Below, piece after piece: positions 1 to 8,872 of a stretch of DNA of 64,000 nt. The stretch comes from Thermoproteota archaeon. Lineage in GTDB: Archaea; Korarchaeota; Korarchaeia; Korarchaeales; Korarchaeaceae. A program made the position numbers and the translations under genes. The stretch is taken from positions 1 through 64,000 of the forward strand of contig JAOZFH010000025.1 of assembly GCA_027491415.1 (NCBI GenBank). Direction: 5' to 3'. Within the stretch, counting starts at the first letter, position 1. Each line of letters begins with the position of its first letter. Below the pieces are notes generated by a model. The model was not told the origin of the DNA. It was given only the letters and a program-made list of their open reading frames with translations, and made no database searches.

Positions 1-1
1 G

Positions 2-847
2 TATCTGACGGGAGTCTTGAGCTCACTCGCGTCCAGCCTCCCGGAGATCGCCCTGACCCTGATGGCCGTGATGTCGGGCGACCCAGAGGTCGTGGAGGTG
101 GCGGTGCTCACCGTCATGATGAGCGTGGGCGCGGCGACCGTCATAGTCTCCGCGACGGCGGCCGTCGCCTCCATTAAGTCTGGTAGAGGCGTCGTTGAGG
201 TCCCCAAGGAGGCCATGAGCGATGAGCTGAACGCGATTGCCTTCACGCTGACTGCCTACCTGGCCCTCTCCATGGTCTCGATGGCCAGACTCTTCTCGGG
301 TCACTCCAACCAGCTCCCCAGAACCGTCGGCCCGATCCTGCTCCTGGCCTACTTCTCGTACATAGTCATGCTGGCATCTAGGGCGGGGGGCCGGAGGAGG
401 GGGGCGGGGGGCGCCGCCAGACATCTGCTCGTGGGGCTGGCCGCGATGATCCCCGTCTTCATATCCGCCGAGGTGCTAGTCTATCTAGTGGAGGAGCTGA
501 CGACCGCCGGGGGACTCGATGTGGTCCACGCCGCCGCGGCGCTGGCCATGGTTGGGACGGTCCCTGAAAACGGGGTCGCCATCGTCTCCGCGGCGAAGGG
601 GGACGTTGAGATTGGTCTCGGAAACGCGCTGAGCGGGGTCACGATACTGGCGCTGCTGGCCGTCGGGATCGTGGCGAGCGTCAGGCCGATACCCCTCGAC
701 GACTACGTTGTGGCCCAGATGGGGGTCACGACAGCCTCGGCGCTGATGCTGAAGTTCTCCGTGAGGGACGACGGCAAGATAGACCTGGGCGAGGCGATCC
801 TTATGGTCGCCCTGCAGGCCCTGGCGTTCGATCTACTGTTGACCTGA
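2..847 (+). CDS. Sodium/calcium exchanger (CaCA) family membrane protein, 5'-truncated by window edge
   Basis: Alpha-repeat motifs SSLPEI and GTVPEN...GNALSG, many TM helices; frame is open from position 2. Confidence 0.85.
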   Translation, partial: YLTGVLSSLASSLPEIALTLMAVMSGDPEVVEVAVLTVMMSVGAATVIVSATAAVASIKSGRGVVEVPKEAMSDELNAIAFTLTAYLALSMVSMARLFSGHSNQLPRTVGPILLLAYFSYIVMLASRAGGRRRGAGGAARHLLVGLAAMIPVFISAEVLVYLVEELTTAGGLDVVHAAAALAMVGTVPENGVAIVSAAKGDVEIGLGNALSGVTILALLAVGIVASVRPIPLDDYVVAQMGVTTASALMLKFSVRDDGKIDLGEAILMVALQALAFDLLLT

Positions 848-1579
848 CGCCCGCTCGTTGGGGCTCGCCGCCCCGACTCCCCTCTTCCCCTCTCGCTTGG
901 CCCCGCCGCCGAGGAGCAGCCTCAGTACGGTCTTCGAGAATCGCGCTATGTCCCGGGCGGCTCGGATCTTTGACTCCTCTCCGGCGTATATGGTGCTCAC
1001 GGGCACGTCCCTGAGGCGCATGCCCGCTCGAGCCAGCAGGACAAGGGACTCAGTCTCCCCCTCGTAGCCGCTCCCCTCGACCCCCAGCAGGAGTTCAGCC
1101 GCCTCCCTTCTGTAGGCGCGGAAACCGCACTGGGAGTCGCGGATCCGGACGCCAAATAGAACACGCAGGATGCCCGTGGTTATGAAGTTGGAGAGCCTCC
1201 TGACTGTGGGCATTTCCTCCCTGGACCTGAAGCCGGCTGCCACGTCCGCATCCTCCAAGGCGGAGATCAGCCTGGGGATCTCCTCTGGCAGGTGCTGGCC
1301 GTCGGCGTCGAGGGTTACCACGATGTCGGCGCCCTCGCTCAAGGCCACCTTCACTCCCGTCTTGAGGGCCGCCCATTTCCCCATATTGGCGGGATGCGCG
1401 ACGACGAGCGCGCCTGCATCACGCGCCTTCCTGGCGGTCCCGTCCGAGCTCCCGTCGTCGACCACTATCACTTGGTCTACGAACTTCCTCGTCCGCCTGA
1501 CGACATCCCCGATCCTTCTCTCCTCGTTGTACGCTGGGATGACCGCCACAACCTTACCCTCACCGCTCCGTGAGACCAA
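833..1579 (-). CDS. Glycosyltransferase family 2 (DPM1/polyprenol-phosphate glycosyltransferase-like)
   Basis: VIPAYNEE, VVDDGSSDGT, DADGQH, DSQCGFR motifs; TTG start chosen at 1579 because the longer ORF is antisense to the HAD gene. Confidence 0.9.
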   Translation of the reverse strand: MVSRSGEGKVVAVIPAYNEERRIGDVVRRTRKFVDQVIVVDDGSSDGTARKARDAGALVVAHPANMGKWAALKTGVKVALSEGADIVVTLDADGQHLPEEIPRLISALEDADVAAGFRSREEMPTVRRLSNFITTGILRVLFGVRIRDSQCGFRAYRREAAELLLGVEGSGYEGETESLVLLARAGMRLRDVPVSTIYAGEESKIRAARDIARFSKTVLRLLLGGGAKREGKRGVGAASPNERASGQQ

Positions 1580-1643
1580 TTCGGGCCCTCTGGGGGGCGG
1601 AGAAGGCGATCCGAAATATAATGTATGGCCGATCGTCCCCCCG

Positions 1644-2462
1644 ATGGCCGCACCTGTCGAGAGATATGACGGATACCTGATCGATTTGGACGGCGTCCTC
1701 TGGGCCGGTTCTAAGACGTTTCCTGAGGCCGTGCAGTCAGTGAACAGGCTCAGGTCGATGGGGAAGGCCGTAGTGTTCCTCACGAACAACTCTACGAGGA
1801 GCCGGTCGCAGTACGTGGAGAGGCTTAGGGCGATCGGGGTGGACTGGGTGGAGGAGGGGCAAGTGGTGAACAGCGGGTACGCCACCTCGAAGTACCTGGT
1901 CGAGCGTTTCGGTAGGCTCCACGTATTCCCCGTGGGGGACAGCGGGCTGCATATGGAGCTGGTCCTGCAGGGCCACGCCTTGGTCTCCCAGGCGGACTGC
2001 TGGACCGGCAGAGTGGACGCGGTAGTCGTGGGGATGGACCCCGGCGTAACGTACTGGAAGATAGGGGCAGCGGCGGCCGCCATAAGGAGGGGGGCCATGT
2101 TCGTCGCCACCAACCCCGACAAGACCTTTCCGACCGAGAGGGGACTCATGCCCGGCGCGGGGACCATCCTAGCGGCCCTGGAGGCCTCCTCGGATAGGAG
2201 CCCCGAGATCAACATAGGGAAGCCCCACAGGCCCATCTTCGAGGTGGCCCTCGAAGCCCTGGGCGTTGAGCCAGAGAGGGTGCTGGTGATCGGCGACAGG
2301 CTCGACACGGATGTGGTGGGCGCAAACGCCCTCGGACTGGACTCGGCCCTCGTTCTCACCGGGGTAGCTACCGAAGAGGACCTGAAGGGGGCGCGAGAGA
2401 GGCCCACTTACGTCCTGAGAACGCTGGAAGATCTCTTCGATGCTGGCTCGAAGGAGAAATGA
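1644..2462 (+). CDS. HAD-superfamily subfamily IIA hydrolase (NagD-like phosphatase)
   Basis: DLDGVLW, LTNN, GKP, IGDRLDTD, LVLTG motifs. Confidence 0.92.
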   Translation: MAAPVERYDGYLIDLDGVLWAGSKTFPEAVQSVNRLRSMGKAVVFLTNNSTRSRSQYVERLRAIGVDWVEEGQVVNSGYATSKYLVERFGRLHVFPVGDSGLHMELVLQGHALVSQADCWTGRVDAVVVGMDPGVTYWKIGAAAAAIRRGAMFVATNPDKTFPTERGLMPGAGTILAALEASSDRSPEINIGKPHRPIFEVALEALGVEPERVLVIGDRLDTDVVGANALGLDSALVLTGVATEEDLKGARERPTYVLRTLEDLFDAGSKEK

Positions 2463-2486
2463 GGGCGGTAGAGGGAGGGAGAGAAT

Positions 2487-3482
2487 TTAGGGGGCGTGAA
2501 ACGTCTCAACGATGGATATTTCCGAGAGCTGAACGGCCCCGTCCGAGTTGGCGTCCTCCCAGAGCAAGACGAAGCCCGTGTCCGGACTCAGCCTGTTCAT
2601 GTTGCTGCTGAGCCACACGAGGGCCGCCCACGTCCCATATCTGGTGCACCCCATCGCCCCAGCCACGTACCTCGTGCCCTCGCGGAATGTGAACACGACG
2701 GCGTAGTCTCTCTTGGCCCAGTCCGACCCAGACACGGAGTAGGTCGTCCCGATCGGTCGAACCTCCATTACGATGGAGCCGCCCGCCTTGGAGAAGTAGA
2801 CCCCCATGTGTGAAGCCGCGGACTTGGCTGGGTTGACCACGCCCTTCCCCTCGTGGGCGAACGGGCCCCCGACCACTATGTAGGAGGCCTCCTCAGGGAG
2901 AGATCTGACCACCGCTCCCCCCACCAGGGAAGAGAACTCTTGCGCGCGCTGCTCGTCCACATCAGATCCCACGAGTAGGTAGGGATACCTTCCGCTCCCG
3001 CCGAGGACGCCCCCAAGCATGGAGCAGAGGGTCTCGCCGCTGGGACTCCCCTCCTCAGCCAGCACCACCTTGGACGAGGAGTCGAGCACTATCCAGGTTG
3101 GAGTGGCCCTCAGCTGGAAGGCTGTAACGAGTTCGCCGGTTCCGTCGGCGTACTTCCAACCCTCTGCCTCAATGGAGAGGAAGAACTCGTAGTCCGCCTC
3201 GAGGTTCCTGCTGACCCCCACCGCGATCACGGTGTAGTTCAGGGGGGTCCTACAGGCCCTGAGGGCCTGAGCAAGCTCGGGCAGGTCCGTGCGGCAGTGG
3301 GGGCAGTTGTGCTGGAAGAACACGAGGACGACGGCGTCCCACCCGAGGTTCTCTGAGGATACGACCGTTCCGTCCTTTGTCGTGAGGGAGAATGTCACCC
3401 TTTGCCCCACGCTGGGCAGGGCGGCCAGGGTAAGCGCCTGTAGGAACATCAGCGTCGCGAGCGCGGCGGCCGGGGTTCGCAT
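2487..3482 (-). CDS. Exported TlpA-like thioredoxin-fold protein with a C-terminal S-layer-like domain
   Basis: Signal peptide, CPHC active site, ATPT cis-Pro loop, C-terminal VVGGP...GCTRYGT segment. Confidence 0.7.
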   Translation of the reverse strand: MRTPAAALATLMFLQALTLAALPSVGQRVTFSLTTKDGTVVSSENLGWDAVVLVFFQHNCPHCRTDLPELAQALRACRTPLNYTVIAVGVSRNLEADYEFFLSIEAEGWKYADGTGELVTAFQLRATPTWIVLDSSSKVVLAEEGSPSGETLCSMLGGVLGGSGRYPYLLVGSDVDEQRAQEFSSLVGGAVVRSLPEEASYIVVGGPFAHEGKGVVNPAKSAASHMGVYFSKAGGSIVMEVRPIGTTYSVSGSDWAKRDYAVVFTFREGTRYVAGAMGCTRYGTWAALVWLSSNMNRLSPDTGFVLLWEDANSDGAVQLSEISIVETFHAP

Positions 3483-3567
3483 CGGGGGCGTTGCATGCGA
3501 CCAATATTTAACGTGCCCCGAGATGTCAGCTGCTTGGGACGCTTGCGAAGGAGGTGCGCGTGGACAT

Positions 3568-4389
3568 TTGGGGCCTGAGCTGGCGGGCGCCGTTGTGAGG
3601 CCGACCTTCGCGAAATCGGCGCTGATTCGCAGCAAGATAGAGGGTATAGATTACGCCGTGAACCCCTACTACGGCTGCCTCCACGGCTGCCGGTACTGCT
3701 ACGCCGCGTGGATGACGAGGAGGCGATATCCGGATCACGTGTGGGGTCTTCACGTCCACCCTAAGGTCAACGTTCATCGGCTCCTGGACAGAGAACTCTC
3801 GTCGGCGAGGCCAGGGCTCTTGGGGATCGGCACGTCCACTGACCCCTACCAGCCGATCGAGTCTAGGTTCCAGCTGACCAGGCGCTGCCTCGAGGTAATC
3901 TCCCACCACCCAGGGTTCGACGTCTCCCTGCTGACCAAGTCTCCGCTGGTCCTGAGAGACCTGGAGGTCCTGAGGGCGATCGACGCGGAGGTCGGATTCT
4001 CTGTCAGCGGCCTGGGGGATGTCGTGAGGCTCCTAGAGCCGAGGGCGCCCCCCGGCGAGGCGAGGCTGGCGGCGCTCAGGAGGCTGTCCTCTGAGGGGTT
4101 GAGGACGTTCGCGTTCATATCTCCGTTGCTGCCCGGGGTCACCGACCGGCAGATCCGGACTCTCTTGAGGGCCGTCGCAGAGGCGAGGCCGAGCAGGGTC
4201 CTGGTGGACGCGCTGAGGTTCAGACCGGGCGTCCTCCAGTCGTTGAGGTCGGCGCTATCCAGCTCCCCCGACCTGCTGCGGGAGCTGGGATCCTACGCGT
4301 CCGATCAGGCGGGGTGGCTTCAACGGGTGAGGGCCGAGATGGAGGAAGCGGCCGCCGGGCTCGGCCTCGCTTTGGAGTTCCTGTTCTGA
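3568..4389 (+). CDS. Radical SAM protein (SplB/Rv2578c-like family)
   Basis: NPYYGCLHGCRYCYA CxxxCxxC motif, TDPYQPIE, TKS; TTG start follows GGAGGTG. Confidence 0.88.
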   Translation: MGPELAGAVVRPTFAKSALIRSKIEGIDYAVNPYYGCLHGCRYCYAAWMTRRRYPDHVWGLHVHPKVNVHRLLDRELSSARPGLLGIGTSTDPYQPIESRFQLTRRCLEVISHHPGFDVSLLTKSPLVLRDLEVLRAIDAEVGFSVSGLGDVVRLLEPRAPPGEARLAALRRLSSEGLRTFAFISPLLPGVTDRQIRTLLRAVAEARPSRVLVDALRFRPGVLQSLRSALSSSPDLLRELGSYASDQAGWLQRVRAEMEEAAAGLGLALEFLF

Positions 4390-4398
4390 GCGGCTAGC

Positions 4399-4626
4399 TT
4401 ACACCTTGGAGGCGTGCACGAGGTAGCTCTTCACGAGCTCTAAACCTGGCAATATCGTCCTGCCCGTAACGAGGGCTGGTGTGACGGCCGTGCCGATCGA
4501 CTGGACGAGGTAGGGGGCGACCCGCGGGTCGTCGGCGTAGACGACCTTCACATCCACTCCCAGAGACCTGGCCAACCTGAGGACCTCTTCGCTCTCGGGT
4601 TGCTCTCTCCTGACCAAAAGTATCAT
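4399..4626 (-). CDS. Small glutaredoxin-like-fold protein without CxxC
   Basis: TPAL cis-Pro loop and beta-alpha pattern; no cysteines. Confidence 0.45.
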   Translation of the reverse strand: MILLVRREQPESEEVLRLARSLGVDVKVVYADDPRVAPYLVQSIGTAVTPALVTGRTILPGLELVKSYLVHASKV

Positions 4627-4722
4627 TGCCACGTGTCCAGCCTGGTCCTCCGACAGTGATAAGGAGAACGGGGTGGGCTTCAGGTCCGATACCTTCTTTT
4701 TCTGTTGGAGGTCGGCGCGCAC

Positions 4723-5883
4723 GTGAAGGCGGAAGGACGGGTGGTCGTCTTCTCAGGCCCCGCGGGAAGCGGGACCTACGAGAGAATGTTAGAGGCGGCG
4801 AAGCTCGCGGAGGAGTGGGGATACGAGGTAAAGGTCGAGAGGCTCTTCGACAGAATGGCGAGGGTGGCCAGGGAGAGATACGGGCTTGAGATAACCGAGG
4901 AGAACGTGCTTAACCTCCTGAGAGAGAGGCTCATCTCCATCAGAAAGGAGGCCGTTGAGCAGATCCGAGAAGAGATCGAACGCAATCCGGGGTTCTACAT
5001 GGTGAGGTCTCCGGCGACCTTCTTCTGGGGAGGGACGCTGATCACGGGGCTCGACCTCGACGACGTCATGAAACTGCGCCCCGACGCCTTCATCGTGGTC
5101 GTAGACGACATCATGCCGGTGAAGGCGAGACTCGCGGCCGATCCTGAGTGGAAGACCCAGAGGTTCACCTTGAGAGATCTGGCCTCTTGGAGAGAGCAGG
5201 AGACCACTCTAGTCGAGGAGCTGGCGAGGTGGACCAAGGCGGAGTTCTACGTGGTCGCGAGGGCTCACCCGCCCCGAGTATTCGCGGACTTAGTCGTCCA
5301 CCCGGAGAAGCCAAAGGCCTACATCAGCTTTCCCATGACGCACGTGCCGCCCGACGTCTACAGGGAGTTTGAGTCAAAGAAGAACAGGTTCATTGACGAT
5401 TTGGACGAGCTGGGCATCGTGATTTTCGACCCGGCGACGATGGCCGAGGGGGTCATACTGTCCAAGCTGGAAGAGTATGAGAACAGGGCCAGGTCCGAGG
5501 GCAGGGAGCCCAACCCTGAGGAGGAGCTGGAGATCACGGTGAGCTACGGCGGGGAGGAGCAGGTCTACAGGTACACCTACCAGGAGCTGGCGGCCGTGGA
5601 CCCTCTAGTCGAGGGTCAGATCGTGAAGAGGGACTTTGCCATGATCGAGTCCGCCAACATGGTGATCGTCTACAACCCACTCGGCATACCCTCGCCGGGC
5701 GTGGCCTGCGAGATGATGTACGCCCACAAGGTCCTGGGGAGGGATGTCTACCTCATCTGGGGAAAGGAGGGTAGGCCGAGTCCGTTCTACACCGCGTTCT
5801 GCAACAAGAGGTTCTCGACGCCGGAGGAGTTCCTCGAATACGCAAGGACTCACGTTAGACCCAGGTGGGGGGGGCTGGGTTAA
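4723..5883 (+). CDS. Adenylate-kinase-like P-loop domain fused to a nucleoside 2-deoxyribosyltransferase-like domain
   Basis: N-terminal GPAGSGT and AdkA-like PDAFIVVVD; C-terminal AYISFPM...RDFAMIESA...SPGVACE; GGAGG upstream of GTG. Confidence 0.7.
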   Translation: MKAEGRVVVFSGPAGSGTYERMLEAAKLAEEWGYEVKVERLFDRMARVARERYGLEITEENVLNLLRERLISIRKEAVEQIREEIERNPGFYMVRSPATFFWGGTLITGLDLDDVMKLRPDAFIVVVDDIMPVKARLAADPEWKTQRFTLRDLASWREQETTLVEELARWTKAEFYVVARAHPPRVFADLVVHPEKPKAYISFPMTHVPPDVYREFESKKNRFIDDLDELGIVIFDPATMAEGVILSKLEEYENRARSEGREPNPEEELEITVSYGGEEQVYRYTYQELAAVDPLVEGQIVKRDFAMIESANMVIVYNPLGIPSPGVACEMMYAHKVLGRDVYLIWGKEGRPSPFYTAFCNKRFSTPEEFLEYARTHVRPRWGGLG

Positions 5884-5913
5884 CCCCACCCCCCTCACAG
5901 ACCCCGCCGAGGG

Positions 5914-6693
5914 TCAGGCCACGAGGGTCCGGCGCTCGCAGCCCCTGAAGGGGGACCTCTTGCTGGCCGCGTCGACAACCCCGGAGAGGAGCTTCGCCAA
6001 GACCAGCGGCGCGAGGAGAAGGCCAGGGATAAACGCCGCTAAGGCGGAGGTCGCCGAGACTAGCCAGTTCCAACCGCCGTGGAGGGCCGCCGCTAGGCCA
6101 TACCACTTCACAAGCTCCAGCGAACTCCCTCCACCGAATTTCAGCCTGCTGAGCCCCCAACCCATGACGCCCGAATCGGCGGCGTGCCCCACGGTCGACA
6201 TGAGCCCCCTGCCGGCCGCCGCTAGGGCCCACCCGCCGACCCCCATCTCCCCCAGGCCGCTGATCCCCGCTAGCAGGTTCTCGACCCACGCGAACCCCAT
6301 CGCGCTGGTGACCGCGTAGAACACTACGTCAAGCTCGTCGTTAACTTCGGCGCTCCTCCACAGTAGGTAGAGCCCCAGGGGCTTCACGAATTCCTCAACC
6401 AGCGGAGCCACGAGGACCGAGTTGACCAGCGGCCTCCCGGTATCCAGGAGGAGTTCCGCTAGGATGGCCGGGGCCGCGCTGGCGGCGCCCACCACAAAGG
6501 CCACCGCCACCAGCGCGTAGGGCTCCGGCTCCCGATAGTCCCAGCTCCGGACGTAAGACACCCACGCCAGCGCGGGCAGCAGAGAGCCGAGACAGACGGC
6601 GTAAGGCTCGCCGATCAGCCCGGCATAGCCGAGGGCGAGCGTCGCCAAGAAGCCGAGCATCACGGCAAGAGTCCACCCTCCGGTTCGGCCCAC
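5914..6693 (-). CDS. PrsW family intramembrane metalloprotease
   Basis: PEP, EEFVK, GFAWVEN, GH, LHGGWN motifs. Confidence 0.9.
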   Translation of the reverse strand: MGRTGGWTLAVMLGFLATLALGYAGLIGEPYAVCLGSLLPALAWVSYVRSWDYREPEPYALVAVAFVVGAASAAPAILAELLLDTGRPLVNSVLVAPLVEEFVKPLGLYLLWRSAEVNDELDVVFYAVTSAMGFAWVENLLAGISGLGEMGVGGWALAAAGRGLMSTVGHAADSGVMGWGLSRLKFGGGSSLELVKWYGLAAALHGGWNWLVSATSALAAFIPGLLLAPLVLAKLLSGVVDAASKRSPFRGCERRTLVA

Positions 6694-6771
6694 GTAGATT
6701 CCTCGAGGTGGCGTCGTAATTAACTGAGCCCGTGGTGGGCGACTAAATCCATCGCCTTATCAGCTGCCGAG

Positions 6772-7056
6772 ATGGCCGACGTCTGGGTGACCGTTCAGAG
6801 GGTCTTCGGGAGCTGCCCTGTTCACTCCGAGGGGGATCGGTTCGTCCTCCACGATGGCTTCGCTCTCGACAGTCTGGGTGGAAGCGTCTGCCTCCACGCC
6901 CTCTTGGGGATGGCTGCCCTTCTGTGGGCTCTTGGCCACGGGCACAGTCCCGAGGAGCTGTCACTCGGAGATCCCCCTCTGCTGGCTTGCCCCGACCCGG
7001 GTCCGCCCATCTCGTGCGGGGGGAGGGTCCTCTTCAGGCTGGAGGTTAGGGAGTAG
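6772..7056 (+). CDS. TIGR04076-like small Cys-rich protein
   Basis: GSCPVH-GD-F, VCLHA, CPDPG motifs. Confidence 0.75.
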   Translation: MADVWVTVQRVFGSCPVHSEGDRFVLHDGFALDSLGGSVCLHALLGMAALLWALGHGHSPEELSLGDPPLLACPDPGPPISCGGRVLFRLEVRE

Positions 7057-7120
7057 CCTACGGAAGTTTGACGGCGCGTCCCGGCGTTAGCCCTAGGCTC
7101 CTTGAACAACTGGGGAGACT

Positions 7121-8224
7121 ATGCGCAGAGAGGCGGTGGCCTCAGCTGCCCTCATGCTCCTCCTCACCCCCGCGGTATGGAGGACTGTGAACACCAGCCC
7201 GTCGTACTCGATATCCATCTTCGTGACTCCGGAGGGGGAATCAGTGGGCGACTCGTTCACCACGTCGGTCAGGGTGACTGTCGACGGCCTCCAGGCGGGG
7301 ACGGCCTATGCGGTCTCCACGACCACGGATCCTGACGGGAGGGAGAGGTACTACCGGCAATCTCCCCAGTGGACGTACGCGGACATGCCCGTGGACTACA
7401 GGACGACGTGGACTCTCACGGCTGACAAGGCGGGAACCTGGACTTCCTGCGTCTCCCTGGTATTTGACGGAGATGCTCCAAACGGCGGGGGGTACCAGAA
7501 GATCACCAAGTGTGCCTCGTTCACCGTAAGCGATCCGGGAGGCGGAGGAGGGGGCGGTGGTGGGGGTGGAGACAACCCTCCGCCGAGCAAGAGGCCCACC
7601 AAGCTGACCATGGCAGCAAATCCAAGTACTGTAGAGCCCGGCAAGACGTTCAGCGTCGGTGGAGGCCTGTTCGACGCAAGCCAGAGCGACTGGTGGAACT
7701 ACCCCATAGCCGGGGCCACGATAGCTGTGACATTCAACGGCCAGACGAAGACCGCCACGACTCGCTCTGACGGCGGCTGGAGCGTGGTGTTCACGGCTCC
7801 AAGCCAGGAGGGGATCTACGCGGCCAGGGCCAGCTTCGCGGGCAACTCCCAGTACGAGGGGAATTCGGCCAGCACCACCATCAGGGTCCAGAGACACTCC
7901 AAGAGGGACTGCATAGTCGAGCTCATCTACCCGGAGAAGGTCCACGTCGGCGATATAGTCAGCATCACCGTCGTGTTAAAGGATGCGGAGACGCATCAGG
8001 AGATCAAGGGGAAGGTGGTGACGCTCTACATCGAGGCGAACAGCCATCAGATAGAGTCAGGAGCTTCATTCACGATCCAGGCGGAGTATCCCGGGACCAT
8101 AGACGTCGGGGCCAGGTTTGAGGGAGACAGCGAGTACAACGGGGCCTATGACCCGGGAGGGCTGATAGAGGTCTGGACGAGGCCGAGGATCACAATTACA
8201 TACGTGGGGTGTGGGGAGGGATGA
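7121..8224 (+). CDS. Secreted three-Ig-domain protein with poly-Gly linker and an extra C-terminal strand (putative filament tip)
   Basis: Signal peptide; three Big-like domains (FAGNSQYEG, FEGDSEYNG); ends W-TRPRITITYVGCGEG. Confidence 0.8.
   Translation: MRREAVASAALMLLLTPAVWRTVNTSPSYSISIFVTPEGESVGDSFTTSVRVTVDGLQAGTAYAVSTTTDPDGRERYYRQSPQWTYADMPVDYRTTWTLTADKAGTWTSCVSLVFDGDAPNGGGYQKITKCASFTVSDPGGGGGGGGGGGDNPPPSKRPTKLTMAANPSTVEPGKTFSVGGGLFDASQSDWWNYPIAGATIAVTFNGQTKTATTRSDGGWSVVFTAPSQEGIYAARASFAGNSQYEGNSASTTIRVQRHSKRDCIVELIYPEKVHVGDIVSITVVLKDAETHQEIKGKVVTLYIEANSHQIESGASFTIQAEYPGTIDVGARFEGDSEYNGAYDPGGLIEVWTRPRITITYVGCGEG
7538..7570 (+). repeat. 11 consecutive Gly codons forming a flexible linker
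   Basis: GGN x11 with mixed third positions. Confidence 0.9.
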
Positions 8225-8868
8225 GGAAGAGGGATCTCCTGGCCTTGCTACTGCTCACGCTGGCCGTGGCCCCGGCCCTGGCCCAGACAAAGGTTTACAG
8301 GGGGGGCACGGTGACGGTGTCAGGCGTCGTCAGGGACGAGCTGGGCAACCCCGTCGCCGGAGCGGCCGTCCAGCTCCTGGACGGGGCCACGGTGTTGGAC
8401 TCCACAACCACCGGCTCGGACGGGTCATTCACGCTGATCTGGACGGTGCCAGCCGACCACACCCTCGGGCCGAAGACCCTGACGGTCTACGTGCCGGAGC
8501 AGCCTAGCCTCTACGTCGAGGCGTCCTCAACTTCTGTCTCCGTAGAGATCTGGGCCTTGGTCGTGGTGAGCGCCAGCGGGCCTCAGCGCATTCACAGGGG
8601 GGATGCTGTAACCGTGACGGGGACTGTCGAGGGGATGAACTCGGGGACTGTGGAGGTTCAGTGTGGAGCAAGCACCGTAGCGACCGGCTCCGTGAGCGGG
8701 GGCCAGTTCAGCGTGAGCTTCACCGTGCCCGACGACTGGGAGAAGGGACCCATCACGCTCACGGTCACCTCACCTGGAGGGAGCTACGTGGACGTCCATG
8801 GTAGCCAGGTGAACACGGAGCTCTGGGTCAGGCCGACGATAGAGGTCACAAAGGTCTCGGGCGGATGA
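8221..8868 (+). CDS. Secreted two-Ig-domain protein (putative polymerising shaft subunit)
   Basis: ATGA overlap with upstream stop; signal peptide APALA|QTKVYRG; ends W-VRPTIEVTKVSGG; no TM anchor. Confidence 0.8.
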   Translation: MRKRDLLALLLLTLAVAPALAQTKVYRGGTVTVSGVVRDELGNPVAGAAVQLLDGATVLDSTTTGSDGSFTLIWTVPADHTLGPKTLTVYVPEQPSLYVEASSTSVSVEIWALVVVSASGPQRIHRGDAVTVTGTVEGMNSGTVEVQCGASTVATGSVSGGQFSVSFTVPDDWEKGPITLTVTSPGGSYVDVHGSQVNTELWVRPTIEVTKVSGG

Positions 8869-8872
8869 CCGC

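Noticed and set aside
833-2462. Long overlapping ORFs 833-2407(-) and 1170-2462(+)
   Set aside because: The extensions are antisense shadows; the real genes are divergent from about 1580-1643
5863-5893. G/C inverted repeat at a convergent gene junction
   Set aside because: Short and low-complexity; at most a terminator-like hairpin
8856-8868. C-terminal GG as a ubiquitin/SAMP-like modifier
   Set aside because: The protein is secreted and Ig-like rather than beta-grasp, with no E1 or JAMM gene adjacent
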